A stretch of DNA of 64,000 nt from an uncultured Gemmatimonadales bacterium (lineage in GTDB: Bacteria > Gemmatimonadota > Gemmatimonadetes > Gemmatimonadales > GWC2-71-9). Positions within the stretch are counted from its first letter, which is position 1; each line of letters starts with the position of its first letter. Made by a program: the position numbers and the translations under genes. Where the stretch lies: assembly GCA_963748815.1 (NCBI GenBank), contig CAVVKJ010000005.1, forward strand, positions 288,001-352,000. Reading direction: 5' to 3'. The notes under the pieces are model-generated. The model worked only from the letters and a program-made list of their open reading frames with translations. It was not told the DNA's origin and ran no database searches. Positions 59,401-64,000 of the stretch are shown piece by piece.

Positions 59401-62400
59401 GTCCTCTCCGAGACGGTGTCGATCTACCCCTGGGGCGACCTGAGCAGCCGGTGCTCCAACGGCAACGGCTTTCTCGACACGGAGGACCTGAACGGCGACA
59501 ACCGCCTGAACGCGCAGGGCTCCAACGACAACGTGCTGCGATGGATCATCCAGCCCAACGATCTCTCCCAGTACTACGTGCGCACCGGCGCGACCTACAC
59601 CAACACGCAGGGGCAGACGTCGACCTGGACGCTCTACCGGATCCCGATGCGGATTCCCGACGCGACGATCGGCACGCCGAACCTGCGACTCGTCCAGAAC
59701 ATGCGGGTGACGCTCGTCGCCCCCGACACGCCGGAGCCGGACGTCGTCGCGCGCTTCGCGCTGGCGCGGATGCGCTTCACCGGCGCGCCCTGGGTGCGCC
59801 GGGCCGATACGCCGCTCATCGGCATCGGCGGGTCGGTGGCGAGCCCCACCGGGACGATGTTCGCCGCGGTCATCTCGACGGAGGACATCGCGCTCGGGTA
59901 TGACCTCCCCGCCCGGGCGTGGTGAACGAGCCGGCCCAGAACAACAACGGCCAGGCCGTGCAGGGGGTCCAGATCAACGAGAAGTCGCTCCGGGTCGTCG
60001 CCACGTCGCTCGACGTCGGCGAACGCGCCGAGGCGTACCAGCGCTTCCCCTCCGGCCCCCAGAACGTGCTCAAGTACCAGCAGGTGCAGGTCTGGTTCCG
60101 CGGCCGCGGCGCCGGGTGGGAGAGCGGGGACCTCAACGCCTACTTCAAGATCGGCAGCGACGACCAGAACTGGTACATGTTCATCCGGCCCGCCAGCAGC
60201 ACCGTCTGGGTGCCGGAGGCGGTGATCAGCATTCCCGTCTGGCGGCAGCTCCGCGCGCAAATCGAGCAGCGGTGGCTGCAGGGGCTGCCGCCCAGCGGGG
60301 CCGTCGAGTGCGGCATCGGCGATCCCGCGGCCTACGTCGCCTGCGACGGACCCTACGTGGTGCAGGTGGCCGATCCCGGCGTCAATCCGCCCAACCTCGC
60401 CGCCGCCCAGGAGATGGCCGCGGGCATCTACCGCGTCGCCGACACCGAGGTGCTGACCACGGTCGAGCTCTGGGTCGACGACATCCGGCTCGACGATCCG
60501 GTGACGGAGTCCGGTGCGTCCATGGCGTTCGACGCGCGGCTCGCGGCGGCGGATGTGGCGGACTTCTCGGTCAACTACGTGCGGCAGGACGGCCTCTTCC
60601 AGCAGATCGGGCGGGACCCGACCTACCGCACCACCGGCGCGCTCGTCCTCGGCACCAACCTCCGGGTGGACCGGTTCCTTCCGGCCTCCTTCGGGGTCGC
60701 CGTCCCGTTCTCGATCAGCCACACCTACACCTCCGCCGATCCGATCCTCATCGGCGGCACCGACATCCTCGCCGCCGACATCGAGAACCTGCGCCAGCCG
60801 TCCAGTGGACTGACGCAGGTCAACTTCGGCATCCGCCGGACCCGAAAGGGCACCAACGCTCTCCAGCGAGGGTTGGTCGACCCGCTGACCTTCACCGGCT
60901 CGTTCACCTCCGGGCAGAGCCAGACGGAGCTCTCCTCGGGGACGACCTCCGCCAGTCTCTTCAACCTCACCTACAACCTGTTCCTGCCCAGGACCGGACC
61001 GGCGGTTTCGCTGGGCGGGGCCGTGGACGCGCTGCCAGGCTGGGTGGGGAGGAGCGAGGGGCTGACGGCCGCCCGAACGACGCAGTTCGGGCTGGCGCCG
61101 ACCGGGATTCGACTAGGCAGCCAACTGGCGCGCACGGAGAGCGACTTCACCGGCTACCTCGTCCCGGTGCTCCGCCCCGGCGACGCCGCCCTGCAGCCGG
61201 CGGTGTCCCTCACCAACCTCTGGCGCAACAGCGCCGGTGTCACCTGGCAGCCAGTCGGGATGCTCACCTTCAGCGCCGACCTCGCGAGCACCCGGGATCT
61301 CCGGGATTACGACGACACCACCTCGATCGGCCGCCTTACCGATGCCTCCCGGAAGGAATTCCTCGGCATCGACGTGGGGGTGGAGCGCGACCGGACGCTG
61401 GGGACCGCCATCAACCTCAGCCCACGCCTGACCTCCTGGCTGCGGGGGCGATTCATCACGACGAGCAACTTCGTGCTTTCCCGGAGCCTGACCAGCCGGG
61501 CCCCGATCCAGGAATACGGCGACAGCGGGATCTACATCCTTCCCCAGACGCTGAACAACCTCCGGTCACGCGAATTCGGCTTCACGATCGACGCGCCCCG
61601 TGGCTTCAAGCAGCTGTTCAAGGACTCGAGCGCCGCCACCCGCGCCCTGCTCGGACTCCGGGTGCTGGACTTCGTCTACCGGACCTCGCGCGCCTCGACC
61701 TACGACCTCGCCACCTTCAATCCCGATCTCCGGTACATGCTCGCCCGCGGGAGCACCTCGGACTTCCTGACCCAGGACGGCGATTCGGCGCTTAACGTCG
61801 TCGAGACCACGACGATCACCGTTGGCGGCGGTGCCGATCTGCCGTACGGCATCACCGCCGGGCTGCAGTACTCCTCCTCGGAGATCGACCGGTACGCCCG
61901 CGCCAGCAACGGCTACCTCCTCTCCGAGATCACCCAGAAGGAATGGCCCATCTTCCAGGCGCGGTGGACCCAGACGGTCAAGCAGGGACTGCTCTCCGTG
62001 GTGAGCCTCTCCACCAACATCCGGAAGCGTTCCGGGCAGACGGTGCTCCCCTCCTCCACCGTCAGCGCCGTGTCCCTCAACGAGACCTCCACCTGGACCA
62101 ATGACCTCCAGCTCACCTTTCGCCAGGGCATCAGCCTCACCCTCGGCTATGGGGTCTCCAGCAACGAGCGCCAGAGCAACGGCACCACCACCCTCGGCGA
62201 CGGCACCGACATCACCGCCAACCTGATTTACCTCTTCCGGCTTCCCGGCAGCCTCAGCAGCGCACGCAAGCAGATGCGGGTCTCGATCAACGCGCTGTCC
62301 AGCAAGGCGGAGACCTGCCTGGAACTGCCAGGGAACCCGAACTGCACCGGGATTTCCGACATCCGCCGGAAGACGCTGCGCGCCGGCGTCGACACCGACA

Positions 62401-62531
62401 TCCTGAGCATCCTGACCGGCGGCTTCCAGGCGGCCTACGTCATCAACGACGTCCGCCAGCTCAACCGGAAAACCGAGCAGCTCACGCTCAGCCTGACCTT
62501 CCAGCTCTCCCTCTTTTCCGGAGATTATTGA
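56485..62531 (+). CDS. sprA: SprA/Sov-like T9SS outer-membrane translocon (~2000 aa; frameshift near 59908)
   Basis: VGGLIGSRLHLNVDYDS, YYQGLQDEILQRVEVG.VSF, GRVLERGVDYEINYDLGQVTF, AYLEDFEG, LDTEDLNGD, ELWVDDIRL, then a long beta-strand C-terminal half. Confidence 0.85.
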
Positions 62532-63433
62532 TGCAGTTCTCTCGCGGGCCGGCCCTCGCGGCCGTCCTGATGCTCGCCTGCGCCGGCCCGAAGCCCTCCC
62601 GTCCGTTCGACGGTGCGGCGGCGTTTCGCGCGGTGGAGGTGCAAGTGGGGTTCGGGCCCAGGATTCCCGGCGAGCCGGGGCATCGGGCCGAGGCGGCGTG
62701 GCTCGACAGCCTGCTGGCGGGGCTCGCCGATACCGTCATCGTGCAGCGCTGGACCCACCGGACCGCGCGCGGCGACTCGCTCCCCCTCGTCAATTTCGTC
62801 GCCCGCTTCAATCCGTCGGCGGGGGAACGGATCCTCTTCCTGGCCCACTGGGACACCCGGCCGATCGCCGACCAGGCCAAGGGTCCCGACAGCCTGCTCC
62901 CCGTGCCCGGGGCCAACGACGGCGCCTCCGGCACCGCCGTCCTCCTCGGCGTCGCGGCCGCGCTCCGCGCGGCGCCGCCGTCGGTCGGCGTGGACCTCCT
63001 CTTCGTCGATGGAGAGGACTACGGCGTCTTCGACGACAAGGTGGACGTGCTGCTTGGCTCCCGGTATTACGCGGCCAACCCCGCGCCCGGCTCGCCGCCG
63101 CTCTACGCCGTGCTCTTCGACATGGTCGGCGACCGAGACCTGCAGATCTACCAGGAGGGCAACTCGGTCACCGGCGCCCCCGAGGTGGTGGACCTGGTCT
63201 GGCAGGTGGCGCGGAAGGCAGGCCACGGCAATGTCTTCATCCCCTCCCTCCGGTACACCCTCACCGACGACCACCTGTCGCTGCAGGCCAAGGGGATCCG
63301 GGCCATCGATGTGGTGGACTTCGACTATCCGTACTGGCACACGCCGCAGGACACCCCGGACAAGGTGAGCGCGCAGAGCCTGCAGGCGGTCGGCGAAGTG
63401 GCGCTGGCCCTGGTGGCAAACTCCGAACGCTGA
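62528..63433 (+). CDS. M28 family lipoprotein, probable glutaminyl cyclase
   Basis: Lipobox LAC; FDG...QVGFGPRIPG, AHWDTRP, GANDGASG, DGEDYG, FDMVGD, TDDH, YWHTPQDT. Confidence 0.8.
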   Translation: MMQFSRGPALAAVLMLACAGPKPSRPFDGAAAFRAVEVQVGFGPRIPGEPGHRAEAAWLDSLLAGLADTVIVQRWTHRTARGDSLPLVNFVARFNPSAGERILFLAHWDTRPIADQAKGPDSLLPVPGANDGASGTAVLLGVAAALRAAPPSVGVDLLFVDGEDYGVFDDKVDVLLGSRYYAANPAPGSPPLYAVLFDMVGDRDLQIYQEGNSVTGAPEVVDLVWQVARKAGHGNVFIPSLRYTLTDDHLSLQAKGIRAIDVVDFDYPYWHTPQDTPDKVSAQSLQAVGEVALALVANSER

Positions 63434-63514
63434 GCGAGGGCCCGGCGGGAACAGGCGCCCGCCGGCGTTCGCAGGAGTTCGCCACCAGGCCCCGTCGCTG
63501 GCATCGTCCCGGGC

Positions 63515-64000
63515 ATGGAACCCACCGAGCGCCGGGCCATCCTGTTGCTGCTCCTGCTGGGGGTCGTCGGGCAGGGGGTCCGCTGGGTCGCGGGCCGGCC
63601 CGGGGAGCCGCCGGGGCAGGTGGCCCTCATGCCCGTGGAGCGGCGAGGAAATCCCGCCGCCCATCGGGATAGCGCGTTGGCCGTGGCTCGCCCCATGGCG
63701 CCGGGAGAGACCCTCGATCCCGACCGGGCCACGGTCGCCGAGCTGCTCCGACTTCCGAAGGTGGGCCCCGCGCTGGCCCGCGCCATCGTGGCCGACCGGG
63801 AGGCGAAAGGCCCGTTTCGGAATGCCCAGGGCCTCGACCGGGTCTCCGGCATCGGCCCCAGGCTGCTCGAGGCCGTCGGGCCCTTCCTGGCGTTCGCCGG
63901 GGGCGGTCCGGGCGGGGGTGGCGCGGGGTCGGACCCGCGGGCGTGCGAGGTGGAGCCCGTGGCCTGCCGGCTCAATCTCAACTCGGCGACCGCGGCGGAA
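63515..64000 (+). CDS. comEA: ComEA family helix-hairpin-helix DNA-binding protein (3'-truncated by window)
   Basis: MEPTERRAILLLLLLG TM segment; DPDRATVAELLRLPKVGPALARAIVADREAKGPF...LDRVSGIGP; a second HhH starts at LNLNSATAAE. Confidence 0.8.
   Translation, partial: MEPTERRAILLLLLLGVVGQGVRWVAGRPGEPPGQVALMPVERRGNPAAHRDSALAVARPMAPGETLDPDRATVAELLRLPKVGPALARAIVADREAKGPFRNAQGLDRVSGIGPRLLEAVGPFLAFAGGGPGGGGAGSDPRACEVEPVACRLNLNSATAAE

Noticed and set aside
55098..59903. 1601-aa plus-strand ORF and other long Arg/Gly/Pro-rich ORFs (e.g. 4402..6174, 27435..29591, 56830..59253)
   Set aside because: Shadow frames of real high-GC genes, with no recognisable motifs.

Overview
GC-rich (visually ~70%) bacterial chromosome segment, most likely Gemmatimonadota. 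That assignment is inferred from SprA + PorV + GWxTD + Oar-type TonB receptors + System I ccm genes in a high-GC background. Many single-base indels split otherwise intact genes, which looks like long-read consensus error. Housekeeping content: cutA, pruA, M16/M24/M28 peptidases, DsbA-VKOR, tandem kup, acs, ccmABCD, cyoE, lptFG, comEA. Highlights: (1) an unannotated GEMM-I riboswitch at 20469-20562 with the A20-type signature of the 3',3'-cGAMP-sensing (GEMM-Ib) subclass, followed by a terminator-like hairpin and leading a STAS-REC-ccmABCD operon; (2) a T9SS-like system outside Bacteroidota, with a TonB receptor / giant CTD-bearing protein / PorV / GWxTD operon plus a separate sprA-glutaminyl cyclase-comEA operon; (3) an ECF/ZAS-led biosynthetic operon (DUF92, FAD oxidoreductase, flavin reductase, methyltransferase, SRPBCC cyclase, ketosynthase) resembling type III PKS alkylresorcinol/quinone clusters but with a type II KS + cyclase; (4) GTAG-family REP palindromes, one inside a coding frame. 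No rRNA, tRNA, CRISPR array or transposase was recognised.
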